A stretch of 64,000 bases of DNA from an uncultured Microthrixaceae bacterium. GTDB taxonomy: Bacteria > Actinomycetota > Acidimicrobiia > Acidimicrobiales > Acidimicrobilacustridaceae. Position numbers and translations under genes: made by a program. The notes beneath the pieces were generated by a model. That model ran no database searches. It worked only from the letters and a program-made list of their open reading frames with translations, and was not told the DNA's origin. Below are positions 32,953-43,000 of this stretch, piece by piece. The stretch lies in NCBI GenBank assembly GCA_963785815.1, contig CAWAWN010000003.1, positions 564,811-628,810 of the forward strand, given 5' to 3'. Positions within the stretch are counted from its first letter, which is position 1. Each line of letters starts with the position of its first letter.

Positions 32953-32991
32953 GGCCGCCGAGGTTACCGACGAGCGACCGGGGTCCGAAAC

Positions 32992-33036
32992 GGCTCCCGC
33001 CCCACGCCGGTCGAACCGGATCGTGGGGCGGGAGCC
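32992..33036 (-). terminator. strong hairpin downstream of the NYN-S1 gene
   Basis: GGCTCCCGCCCCACG-(15 nt)-CGTGGGGCGGGAGCC, a perfect 15-bp stem 23 nt past the stop at 33059. Confidence 0.6.
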
Positions 33037-33058
33037 GACGTGCGTATGGCGACGGGGG

Positions 33059-34486
33059 TCAGCGCTTGCGCGCCACCGTCTTGCGGGCGGGTGCCTTGCG
33101 GGCCACGGTCTTGCGTGCGGGTGCCTTGCGGGCCGCGGTCTTGCGTGCGGGTGCCTTGCGGGCCGCGGTCTTGCGTGCGGGTGCCTTCTTGGCCGCGGTC
33201 TTGCGGGCCGGAGCCTTCTTGGCCGCGGTCTTGCGGGCCGGAGCCTTCTTGGCCGCGGTCTTGCGGGCCGGAGCCTTCTTGGCCGCGGTCTTGCGCGCCG
33301 GTGCCTTCTTGGCTGCCGTCTTGCGCGCCGGAGCCTTTCGGGCCACGGCCTTCTTGGCGGTTGCCTTGCGGGCTGGAGCCTTCTTGGCTGGTGCCTTCTT
33401 GGCCGCAGCCTTCTTTACTGGTGTCACCGGCGCCTCCTCGGCGAGATGGTCTGCAGGTGAATGTGTAGCAGTGACAGCCGCGTCAGGCGTGTCTTTCGCG
33501 TTGTCGTGCGCGCGTGGCGATCGATCGACTTGGCGCGCGACGGTGCCGATCGGGACACCTTGTGGCAGTGCATATGACACATCAACCGGCGGTCGGGTCG
33601 GATCCAGCGCCAGGTCGATGCCTCGTCGCGGCGCGTCGACCGACGCCACGGTGAAGGTGCGCACCTCGCCGATGTTCACCAGGTCACGGGCGCGCAGCGG
33701 CGGTGGATCGCCCATGGACTTGAGCGGGATGTAGCACTGCACCTCGCCCACCCGGGCGTAGGCCCCGTGGGAGCTGAAGCTGTCGATGGTGCCGTCCACC
33801 TCGGTGCCCACCGGATGGGCGCCGACGAAGTCGATGAAGGGCATCAGCTCGTTGAGGTGGGTCGGCGACCCGCTCTCGCGCCGGGAGCGCCCACCCGAGG
33901 TCTTGGCCTTGGACGACTTGGCCGCCTTCTCGGCCCGCTCGGAGCGTCCGCCGCCGGCCCGCTCGCCCGCGGCGCGCTTGGACCCGGCCGAGGACCGCCC
34001 GGCACCCCGGGAGCCGCCGCGACCCCGGTCGCTGTTGGCCTCCTTCACCGAGCGGCGGCTGGCCGGCCCGCGCACCGGCGACCGCAACAGGAACACCCAG
34101 CCCAGGCCCGGCACGGGCTTGCCGCCGATGAGGCGGCCCTCGTCGAACAGCCAGGTGTACTGGCCGTGGAACTCCTGGAAGGAGTCGTTGGACAAGATGA
34201 CGGCGTCGGCCTTGTCGGCGATCTGCAGGACGAAGGCGTCGCCCCGCCCGATCGCGCCGGCCGGAGGGCTGACGAGCTCGCCGGCCAGCACGGCCTCTTC
34301 GTACGCGTCGCGCTCGGAGGGGTCGATGCGGTGGCCGAAGGTGGCGTCGACCACCACGGTGAGGTTGTCGGCCGGGTGCTCGGTGAGGAAGGCGCGGACG
34401 GCCTCGTCGAGCTGCTTCAGGCTCGGCAGCGAGCGGCCTTCGGTCGCGATGTTCGAGCCGTCGACGACGACGTAGTTGGTGGACAT
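33059..34486 (-). CDS. NYN (Zc3h12a-like) ribonuclease domain + S1 RNA-binding domain + Lys/Ala/Pro-rich histone-H1-like tail
   Basis: ATG 34486 (MSTNYVVVDGSNIATEG...SNDSFQEF). Arg/Gly/Ser-rich linker. S1-like segment (VGTEVDGTIDSFSSHGAYARVGEVQCYIPL). About 11 tandem AKKAPARKTA decapeptides at the C-terminus. Confidence 0.8.
   Translation of the reverse strand: MSTNYVVVDGSNIATEGRSLPSLKQLDEAVRAFLTEHPADNLTVVVDATFGHRIDPSERDAYEEAVLAGELVSPPAGAIGRGDAFVLQIADKADAVILSNDSFQEFHGQYTWLFDEGRLIGGKPVPGLGWVFLLRSPVRGPASRRSVKEANSDRGRGGSRGAGRSSAGSKRAAGERAGGGRSERAEKAAKSSKAKTSGGRSRRESGSPTHLNELMPFIDFVGAHPVGTEVDGTIDSFSSHGAYARVGEVQCYIPLKSMGDPPPLRARDLVNIGEVRTFTVASVDAPRRGIDLALDPTRPPVDVSYALPQGVPIGTVARQVDRSPRAHDNAKDTPDAAVTATHSPADHLAEEAPVTPVKKAAAKKAPAKKAPARKATAKKAVARKAPARKTAAKKAPARKTAAKKAPARKTAAKKAPARKTAAKKAPARKTAAKKAPARKTAARKAPARKTAARKAPARKTVARKAPARKTVARKR
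33062..33415 (-). repeat. in-frame 30-bp tandem repeat array encoding (A/V)(A/K)(K/R)KAPARKT units
   Basis: Units such as GGCCGCGGTCTTGCGGGCCGGAGCCTTCTT recur without interruption; several copies around 33191-33290 are identical. Confidence 0.9.
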
Positions 34487-34704
34487 GGGTGGTGGAGACC
34501 GATCTGTTGGGAGGGAGTGCCCCGGGCGCACCCCGATCCTCCGCGCGCCACACCGCGGTCGGCGGTTGGTGCCGGAAGGATCCGGAGGGACCGGCGGCAG
34601 AGTTGAACCGTCGGAACGACCCAGCCAGCCTACGCTGCCGCCATGGGCGACCTGCACATCGGCGCGCGGCAACGCTGCACCACAGGGGTCACCGACCTGC
34701 TCAG

Positions 34705-37155
34705 ATGACCGACACCCCGCGGCGTGCGGCGCCCGCACTCGTCTCGCTGGGCCTCGCCGTCCTGCTCGTGGTCCTCGTGTTCCCCGAGGTCGTCTTCGGC
34801 GGTGGGTCCTTCTCGGTGGTCCCCTTCGACCGCGTGCTGGGCCAGCCCCAGCCCCCGGCCACGGTGCAGGGCTACCCCGACATCGGCGCCCGGTCACCCA
34901 CCTCCGGCATGGTAGATGTGGGGGCGCGCACCTGGCAGTACGAGCCCACCACCCGGTACATGGCCCGCGTGCTGCGCAACGGCTCGAACCCCGACTGGAA
35001 CCCGTATCAGGCCTCGGGATCGCTCGGCCCCGAGACCCTCGACGGCATGCAGCTCTCGCCGGTGGTGCTGGCGGTGGCCGCGTTGGGGGCGTCGGGCGCC
35101 GCCTTCACGGTGGTGCAGCTGGCGATGCTCGTGCTCGCCCTGTACTGCCTCCAGCAGCTGTTCGTGCGCTCGCTGGACATGCACCGGCTGGCCGGCCTCG
35201 GCGCCGGTGTCGTGTTCCTGCTCAACGGCTGGGCCACCGCCACCTTCACCGACGTCACGTGCGTGCCCTACCTGCTGTTCCCGGTCGTGCTGTACGCGGT
35301 GGTCGAGCTCCAACGCCGGCCCGGACCGGCGCGCCTGTTGGCGGCGGTCGCCGCCTACGCCACCCTGTTCGCCTCCACCTTCAGCCCCGGCCAGGCCCTC
35401 GACGTGTTGTTGATCACCGTCGTGGCCCTGGTGATCGACGCCTGGCGTCGTCGCCGCGATCGACTCCAGTCGAGTGGCCGGCTGCGGGAGGTGGCGGTGT
35501 TGGTCGGCCGGCAGGCGTTGGTGCCGGCCATCGCCCTGGCCGTCGTCGCCGTCATCGTGCTCCCGGCTTTCGACGCCTTCCGCCACGCTGGGTCGGACGT
35601 CACCTCCTACAGCGCCCAGCACCTGTTCACCCGATCGCCGGCTCGCTGGCTGGTGCTGCCCTCGTACCTGCTGAACGTGGCTCGGCCCGCCGGGATCCTG
35701 GTCGGCTGGCAGGTCTACCTGGGCCTCACCCCCATCGTGGTGGTGGCCGCCGCCCTGGCCCGGGCCCGGGACCTGGCGCGCTGGCTGTTGGTCGTCCTGG
35801 TGGGGTTGGCCCTGTTCGGGCTGTCCCAGCACATGGGGCTGCCGGATCTGAAGGTCATCGGTGACCTCCCCGGCCTGCGGATCATCACCAACGACTACTG
35901 GGCGTCGCTGACGGCCGCGGCCGTCGTGCTGGCTTTCGGCGTGGCGCTCGACGTGGTGCAGCGGCGGGGCCTCAGCCTGGCGGTGGTGATCCCGGCCGTG
36001 GCCGTCCTCGACCTTGTCGTGTTGGAGGTGGCCCGATCGGCCGCGTGGAGCTGGCCAGCCGAGCTGGCGGTGCTGGTGTCCGCCTCGGTGTTCGCCGCGC
36101 TGCTCGCCCTGGGCTGGTCGAGCGATCGGGGCTGGGTGGACCGCCGCCTCGTGGCCGTCCTGGCCGTGGCCTTGGTGGCGGCGGAGCTCGGGGCCTATGC
36201 CAACCACACCTACGCCCGCCGCAGTGCCGCGCCCACCAGTGCGGGCTTCGTGCGCTACCTCCAGACCCACGTGGGCGATGGCCGGGTGCTCGACATCGGG
36301 TCGTCCACCATGCTCGGCGACTGGGGCTCGGCGCTCGGGATCCGCGAGATCGGCACCCTCGACATCATGCAGCTGCCCTGGTATCGCAGCTTCTTCCTGC
36401 GATACGTGGGCGGCACCGAAGACGGCAAGTTCCTGGCCCTGCCCCGCGACGCCTCCACCCCCTTCACCGCCGACGCCACCGCCCTCGACCTGCTGTCGGT
36501 GCGCTACCTCGTGGTGAGTGACAGCGCCGTCCAGACCCGTCACGACGTGGCGGCCCGGTATCCGCTGGCCTACCGCGACGAGGCCGCCGGCGTGAGCGTG
36601 TACGCCAACCCGGGCGCCTGGAGCCGGTCCTTCCTGAGCCCGGCGTTGCGGGCCGCACCGGCTTCCACCGCGGCCGCGACGGCCAGCCCGGTCGTCGGGC
36701 CGGCCCCGACCCCGCTGCGGCTCGACCGGTCCACGGCCGAGACCGGTGACCCGGTGCTGCTGGCCGAGGCCAGGCGGGCCGGGATCCCGTCGCAGGCGCC
36801 GGCCACGGCAGGGTCGTCGGGGCGGTCCACCATCGTGCGCGACGACAGCACGGAGGTGGCGCTCGACGTGGACGCCGCCCGGCCCTCGGTGCTGGTGCTG
36901 GCCGACACCTACCACCCCAACTGGACGGTGACGGTCGACGGCGTGACGCAGCACGTGGGCCGGGTGGACGAGGTGGCGCGGGGCGTGGTCGTGCCAGCCG
37001 GCCACTCGGTGGTGGTCTTCCGCTACCACTCGGCCGCCCGCGCCTGGGGCTGGGTGATCTCGATCCTGGCCCTGCTCGGGCTCCTGGCCGTGTGCCTGGT
37101 CTGGGCCAGGCGTCGGCGGGTGGGGCACGGCGCGGCGCGTACCATGCCCACGTGA
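34705..37155 (+). CDS. YfhO-family (GT-C-like) polytopic membrane protein
   Basis: ATG 34705 (MTDTPRRAAPALVSLGLAVLLVV...). Many TM segments. C-terminal pattern LVLADTYHPNWTVTVDG...VVVPAGHSVVVFRYHS plus a final TM helix, typical of YfhO-like proteins. Confidence 0.7.
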   Translation: MTDTPRRAAPALVSLGLAVLLVVLVFPEVVFGGGSFSVVPFDRVLGQPQPPATVQGYPDIGARSPTSGMVDVGARTWQYEPTTRYMARVLRNGSNPDWNPYQASGSLGPETLDGMQLSPVVLAVAALGASGAAFTVVQLAMLVLALYCLQQLFVRSLDMHRLAGLGAGVVFLLNGWATATFTDVTCVPYLLFPVVLYAVVELQRRPGPARLLAAVAAYATLFASTFSPGQALDVLLITVVALVIDAWRRRRDRLQSSGRLREVAVLVGRQALVPAIALAVVAVIVLPAFDAFRHAGSDVTSYSAQHLFTRSPARWLVLPSYLLNVARPAGILVGWQVYLGLTPIVVVAAALARARDLARWLLVVLVGLALFGLSQHMGLPDLKVIGDLPGLRIITNDYWASLTAAAVVLAFGVALDVVQRRGLSLAVVIPAVAVLDLVVLEVARSAAWSWPAELAVLVSASVFAALLALGWSSDRGWVDRRLVAVLAVALVAAELGAYANHTYARRSAAPTSAGFVRYLQTHVGDGRVLDIGSSTMLGDWGSALGIREIGTLDIMQLPWYRSFFLRYVGGTEDGKFLALPRDASTPFTADATALDLLSVRYLVVSDSAVQTRHDVAARYPLAYRDEAAGVSVYANPGAWSRSFLSPALRAAPASTAAATASPVVGPAPTPLRLDRSTAETGDPVLLAEARRAGIPSQAPATAGSSGRSTIVRDDSTEVALDVDAARPSVLVLADTYHPNWTVTVDGVTQHVGRVDEVARGVVVPAGHSVVVFRYHSAARAWGWVISILALLGLLAVCLVWARRRRVGHGAARTMPT

Positions 37156-37811
37156 TCCGGGCTGCGCTGTTCGACTTCGGCGGGGTCATCGTCGACGGTC
37201 CCTTCGAGGCCTTCGCCGCCTACGAGCGCGACCAGGGCCTGCCCGACGGCCTGATCCGACGCATCAACGCCACCGATCCCGACACCAACGCCTGGGCCAG
37301 CCTCGAGCGCGGGGAGATCGATCCAGATGGCTTCGCTCGGCAGTTCGAGGCCGAGGCCGCGGCCGTGGGCCACCAGGTCGACGGACGGGCGGTGCTCGCC
37401 CTGCTGAGCGCGTCGGAGGCGGACGGGACGCGTCCGACGGTGGGACGCCTGCGCCCGACGATGGTGGAAGCGGTCCGCCGCTGCTCCCAACACCTGGTGA
37501 CGGGGCTGTTGACCAACAACTTCGTGCCCTCAGCCGGCGCGGCCGGCCCCGAGGACCGCTACGGCCAGGTGCTCGACCTGTTCGACGTCGTGATCGAGTC
37601 GAGCCGGGTGGGCGTGCGCAAGCCCGATGCCCGGTTCTACGAGATGGCGTGCGCCATGCTCGAGATCGAGCCGTCCGAGGCCGTCTTCCTCGACGACCTG
37701 GGCATGAACCTGAAGCCGGCCCGCGCCATGGGCATGCTCACCATCAAGGTCGGCGACGCCGCCCCCGCGATCGCCGAGCTCGAACAGGTTGTCGGCTTCC
37801 CGCTCGCCTGA
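37152..37811 (+). CDS. HAD-superfamily hydrolase (subfamily IA, epoxide-hydrolase N-terminal-like)
   Basis: GTG 37152 overlaps the upstream stop (GTGA). Motif I ALFDFGGV; LLTNN; FLDDLGMNLKPA. Confidence 0.8.
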   Translation: MIRAALFDFGGVIVDGPFEAFAAYERDQGLPDGLIRRINATDPDTNAWASLERGEIDPDGFARQFEAEAAAVGHQVDGRAVLALLSASEADGTRPTVGRLRPTMVEAVRRCSQHLVTGLLTNNFVPSAGAAGPEDRYGQVLDLFDVVIESSRVGVRKPDARFYEMACAMLEIEPSEAVFLDDLGMNLKPARAMGMLTIKVGDAAPAIAELEQVVGFPLA

Positions 37812-37821
37812 GCGGTGGCGG

Positions 37822-39834
37822 TCAACGGAGCAGCTGGCCGATGAAGGCCTCGACCGCCGGCACCTCGGTGAGCACGAAGCCCCGGTAGAGGTGGTCGCGG
37901 TCCACGTAGACGTAGGCGCCGTTGGCCACCACCTTGCAGGTGGTGGCGTCGCACAGGTCGTGGTTGATGTCGAGGGTGGGCACCGATCCGAGCCGGGCCC
38001 GGGCCGCGGCCATGGCGTCGGCCACCGGCTGCAGGGGGCCAAGGGCCTCGGACCGCGGGGTGGTGCACCGGTCGGCGGCGTGGCGGGCCAGGCAGTCGAG
38101 CGGGTTCGTGGGGTTGCGTGGCGTGTCGACCACCGATCCCACCTTGATGCCCCGGGCCCGCAGGCTGGCCAGGTGGTCCTCGTACGCCTGCGCCCAGTGC
38201 TGGGCGTGCTCGGCTTCGCCCTTGACCGAGGACGGGACGATGAGCAGCGGCCAGGCGGCGTACGTGTCGGAGGTGACCACCGCGGTGGGGTGCAGGTCGC
38301 GGATCAGGCGTGCCGTCTGGTCGTGATAGGTGTCGCATGTGGTCGAGCGCGGCCCCTGCAACGAGACCACCGGGATGGGCGTGGCCGGACACACGCTGGT
38401 CCAGCGCACGAGCAACCGCACCCCCTCGGTGCGGGCGGCCCGATCGAAGGCCGGCACCCAGTGGTTGGCGTGCGAGTCGCCCTCGAGCAGCACGGTGCGG
38501 TGGCTGCTCAGGTCGCCGTCCTCGCAGTAGGCGATGCCGTCGGGCGTGGTGACGTGGCGGACACAGGTGATGTCGCGGGCCGAGGCGGCGACCTGGGTGA
38601 GCGGCACGGTGGGTCCGCCCGTGCCGGCGCTGGCCGCGTCGCCGTCCACCCCCACGCTCAGCACCAGGACGAGCGCGGTGATCAGCACGCCCATGGCGTA
38701 GGTCAGTCGAGTCGAGGAGATCAGCGCCGGGTTGAAGCGGGCCGGGTTCTCCACCACCTCGTGGGCGGCGGCGCCCACGGCCAGGGCCACCAGCGCGGCG
38801 GCCCCGCGCACCCCCAGGGTGTCGCGACCCACGGCCTGCACGGCCAGGAGGATGAAGGGCCAGTGCCACAGGTACCACGAGTACGACACCCGTCCCAGCC
38901 ATTGCACGGGCCGCGCCGCCAGCGAGGTGCTGATCGGGTTGGTGTCGGCGACCGCGGGGTCGTGGTCGTCGGCGCCGGCCCCGCGCCGACGGGTGCCGGC
39001 GTGGATCAGCAGCAGGGTGCCCACCACCGGCACCAGGGCGCGCCAACCCGGGTAGGTCGAGTCCTGGTCGAAGGTGGTGGTGGCCACGGCCAGCGCCACC
39101 AGTCCCAGCCCGGCAGACACCAACGGCACTGCGCCTCGGCGGGTCCAGGCCGGGGTCGGCACCAGCGCCAGCAGGCCGGCCCCGGCGAACTCCCAGGCCC
39201 TGGCCGGCAGGCCGAAGAAGGCATAGGGCGAGCCGTGGGCGGTCTGGATCAGGCACAGGGCCAGGGAGCCCACGAAGGTGGCACCGAACACGGCCAGCAG
39301 GGCCGGGCGGCGGTCCTGCGTGCGGCCGCGCACGGCGAGGCACACCCCGGCCACCAGCACGGGCCACACCAGGTAGAACTGCTCCTCGACGCCCAACGAC
39401 CAGGTGTGCAGGAACAGGCTGGTGTTGATGTTGGGGGCGAAGTAGTCGGTGGACTGGCGGGCGAACGCCACGTTGGACACGTAGAGCGCCGCGGCTCGGG
39501 CCTGGGAGGCCACGGTCTGCCACTCCACGAAGGGCAGGATCACCATGGCCAGGCCGAGGACGGCGATCAGCATGAGACCGAGGGCCGGCACCAGTCGCCG
39601 GACGCGCCGCGCCCAGAAGCGCAGCAGCGCCGGCCGGCCGTGCTCGTCGGATTCGGCCACCAGGTTGCGCGTGATCAGGAAGCCGGAGATCACGAAGAAC
39701 ACGTCCACGCCCACGAAGCCGCCGGAGAACCCGGCCAGTCCCACGTGGAAGGCCACCACCAGCACGATGGCCAACGCCCGCAGACCATCGATGTCGCCCC
39801 GCAGGGCCGCCGGCGCGGTTCCCCTTGCGGACAT
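37822..39834 (-). CDS. acyltransferase-3 membrane domain fused to an SGNH-like domain (OafA/YrhL-type O-acyltransferase)
   Basis: ATG 39834 (MSARGTAPAALRGDIDGLRALAIVLVVAFHV...). About 10 TM helices followed by a ~300-aa soluble C-terminal domain. Confidence 0.85.
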   Translation of the reverse strand: MSARGTAPAALRGDIDGLRALAIVLVVAFHVGLAGFSGGFVGVDVFFVISGFLITRNLVAESDEHGRPALLRFWARRVRRLVPALGLMLIAVLGLAMVILPFVEWQTVASQARAAALYVSNVAFARQSTDYFAPNINTSLFLHTWSLGVEEQFYLVWPVLVAGVCLAVRGRTQDRRPALLAVFGATFVGSLALCLIQTAHGSPYAFFGLPARAWEFAGAGLLALVPTPAWTRRGAVPLVSAGLGLVALAVATTTFDQDSTYPGWRALVPVVGTLLLIHAGTRRRGAGADDHDPAVADTNPISTSLAARPVQWLGRVSYSWYLWHWPFILLAVQAVGRDTLGVRGAAALVALAVGAAAHEVVENPARFNPALISSTRLTYAMGVLITALVLVLSVGVDGDAASAGTGGPTVPLTQVAASARDITCVRHVTTPDGIAYCEDGDLSSHRTVLLEGDSHANHWVPAFDRAARTEGVRLLVRWTSVCPATPIPVVSLQGPRSTTCDTYHDQTARLIRDLHPTAVVTSDTYAAWPLLIVPSSVKGEAEHAQHWAQAYEDHLASLRARGIKVGSVVDTPRNPTNPLDCLARHAADRCTTPRSEALGPLQPVADAMAAARARLGSVPTLDINHDLCDATTCKVVANGAYVYVDRDHLYRGFVLTEVPAVEAFIGQLLR

Positions 39835-39923
39835 CTGCGAGACGCTACCGCCCGCCATCTCCTTGCCCGCCCCGCCCCGCCCCCGGAACTGATCCCGTCC
39901 CTCGGACCTGCCCCGATCTTTCG

Positions 39924-39970
39924 AACCTGTCAGCGCTGCGACTTCGTGGGGTGCGCTGGCCTGACAGGTT
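39924..39970. repeat. 47-bp dyad-symmetric element, copy C
   Basis: AACCTGTCAG-N27-CTGACAGGTT, 57 nt downstream of the kgd stop (40027) on the minus strand. Confidence 0.85.
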
Positions 39971-40026
39971 GCGCGATCGGGGGAGCGTTCGGCGGGCCGG
40001 AGGGGAAGGGGGAAGAGCGCGGCGGG

Positions 40027-43000
40027 TCAGTCGAGGTTGGCGAAGATGCGGCTGACCACGTCCTCCTGCTCCTGGAGGTGGATGGCATGGCTGCCGGTGG
40101 CCGGGGATCCCGACTCGGAACGGCTCTCGCGGTGGATCCAGTGGTCGCTGTGGGCCTCGAACAGGCGACCCTTGATGGCGTTCCAGGGACCCATGTTCTC
40201 TGGCTCCTCCTGGAGCCAGAAGAGCTGCTCGGCGTTGGGGTAGCGCGCCACGACCTCGGCCACCGCGTCGAACGGCCAGGGGAAGAGCTGTTCCACCCGG
40301 GCGATCGCCACCGGTGCGCCGAGCCGGTCGCGGGCGTCGAGGGCGTCGTAGGCCACCTTGCCCGAGCACAGCACGATGCGCTTGACCGCATCGGGATCGG
40401 CCACCCGCGGATCGTCGAGCACCTCCTCGAACGACCCATGCGTCAACGCTTCGACAGGTGAGCGCGAGGCCTTGGCCCGCAGCAGCGACTTGGGGGTGAA
40501 CACCACCAGGGGCTTGCGCACGGTGCGGCGCATCTGGCGGCGCAGCAGGTGGAAGAACTGCGCGGCCGTGGTGGCGTTGCACACCTGGATGTTGTCCTCC
40601 GCGGCCAGGGTCAGGAACCGCTCGATGCGCCCCGAGGAGTGCTCGGGCCCCTGGCCCTCGTAGCCGTGGGGCAGCAGCAGCACCAGGCCCGAGGTCTGGC
40701 CCCACTTGTCCTCGGCCGCCACCAGGTACTGGTCGACGATGATCTGGCCCCCGTTGAAGAAGTCGCCGAACTGCGCCTCCCAGATGACCAGGGCGTCCTT
40801 GTTGACCACCGAGTAGCCGTACTCGAACCCCAGCGCGGCGTACTCCGACAGCAGCGAGTCGTAGAGCCAGAACTGCGCCCCGTCGGCGGCCAGCGGCGCC
40901 AGTGGCGTGTGCTCCAGCCCGGTCTGGTAGTCGACCAGCACGCCGTGGCGGTGCGAGAAGGTGCCCCGCCGCGTGTCCTGGCCGGCCAGGCGCACCGAGG
41001 TGCCCTCGTAGAGCAGCGAGCCGTAGGCCATGGCCTCGCCCAGGGCCCAGTCGACCTCGCCCGCCTCGAACATCTTGTGGCGGGTCTCGAACTGCCTGGC
41101 CAGCTTGGGGTGCACCTCGAAGCCTTCGGGCACCGACTCGAGGGCGGCGAAGATGGTGTCGATCTCGGCCCGGCTGATGCCGGTGGAGACGTGGGGCAGC
41201 ACGCCCAGCGCCGGGGGAGCCGGCTTGGCCCGGGTGCCCTCGGGGGGCGCGTGCTGGCGGGTCTCCTCCAGCGCGCTCTGCAGCCGGTTGCTGAAGTCGT
41301 CGAGCGCCGCCTCGGCGTCGTCGAGGCTGATGTCGCCCCGCTTGACCAGCGCTTCGGTGTAGAGCTTGCGCACCGAGCGGCGGGCGTCGATGCGCTTGTA
41401 CATCAGGGGCTGGGTGTAGCTGGGGTCGTCGCCCTCGTTGTGGCCGTGGCGGCGATAGCACACCATGTCGATGACGACGTCCTTGTTGAACTCCTGGCGG
41501 TAGGCGAAGGCCATGCGGGCCACCCGCACGCAGGCCTCGGGGTCGTCGCCGTTCACGTGGAAGATCGGGGCCTGCACCATCTTGGCCACGTCGGTCGGGT
41601 ACTCCGACGAGCGGGCCGAGTCGGGCGGGGTGGTGAAACCCAGCTGGTTGTTGATGATGAGGTGGACGGTCCCGCCCACCCGGTAGCCCTTGATGAGCGA
41701 CAGGTTGAGGGTCTCGGCCACCACGCCCTGGCCGGCGAAGGCGGCGTCCCCGTGGATCAGGACGGGCAGCACCGGGTACTCGCCGGGCGGGTCGATCAGG
41801 TCCATCTTGGCCCGGGCCATGCCCTCCACCACCGGGTCGACGGTCTCGAGGTGCGAGGGGTTGGCAGCCAGCTCGACCTCGATGGTGTTGCCGCGGCGGC
41901 TGACGAACTTGCCGGTCTGGCCCAGGTGGTACTTGACGTCACCCGAGCCCTGGGTCGACTCGGGGTCGACGTTGCCCTCGAACTCGGTGAACAGCTGCTC
42001 GTAGGACTTGCCCACGATGTTGACCAGCACGTTGAGCCGACCCCGGTGGGCCATGCCCATGACCACCGAGTCGAGGTGCATGTCGGCCGCCGCGCTGATG
42101 ACGGCGTCGAGGACGGGGATGGCGCTCTCGGCCCCGTCGATCCCGAAGCGCTTCTGGCCCAGGTACTTGGTGGCCAGGAAGCGCTCGAGGGCCTCGGCCG
42201 CGTTGAGCCGTCCCAGGATGTGGCGTTGCTCGTCCTGGTCGACGACCACGCTGGCCCCTTCGACCTGGCGTTGGATCCAGGCCTTCTCCACCGGCTCCTG
42301 GATGTGCATGTACTCGATGCCGATGGTGCGGCAGTAGGCGTCGCGCAGGAGGTGCAGCAGCGCGCCCAGAGCCATGCGGTCCTGGTTGCCGATGCCGTTG
42401 GTCAGGAACTCCCGGTCGAGGTCCCAGATGGTCAGCCCGTAGGTCTCGGGTGCCAGCTCGGGGTGCATGACCGGCTCCTCGGCGGCCAGCGGGTCGAGGT
42501 CGGCGATCAGGTGGCCGCGCACCCGGTGGGCGTTGACCAACTGGTCGACGCGCATCTGCTTCTCGAGCATGGCGGCGGTGTGGTCGACGGGGTTGACGTC
42601 GCGGCGCCACTCGACGGCCTCGTAGGGGACGCCCACCGACCGGAACACGTCGACGTAGAAGTCGTCGGCCCCGATGAGCAGCTCGTGGACCCGCTTGAGG
42701 AACAGGCCCGACTCGGCCCCCTGGATGATGCGGTGGTCGTAGGTCGACGAGATGGTGATGATCTTGGACAGGCCCAGGGTGGCCAGGGTGGCGGGGTCGG
42801 CTCCCTCGTACTCGGTGGGGAACCCGAGCGTTCCCACGCCCACGATGGTCCCCTGCCCCGGCATCAGGCGGGGCACCGACTGGAGGGTGCCGATGGTGCC
42901 CGGGTTGGTCAGGCTGACCGTCACGCCGGCGAAGTCGTCGGCGCTCAACTTGTTGGTTCGCACCTTGCGGATGAGGTCCTCGTAGGCCGACCAGAAGCCC

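Noticed and set aside
33066-33734. Regular 30-bp repeats that could be mistaken for a CRISPR-like array, plus the 222-aa plus-strand ORF across them.
   Set aside because: The units are contiguous with no spacers and are in frame with the NYN-S1 gene on the minus strand, where they encode its Lys/Ala/Pro tail. The plus-strand ORF is its antisense shadow.
34643-34708. 21-codon upstream ORF (MGDLHIGARQRCTTGVTDLLR) whose stop overlaps the YfhO-like start (ATGA).
   Set aside because: Plausible translational coupling, but there is no RBS, no recognisable peptide family and no way to test conservation here. It may be chance in a GC-rich leader.
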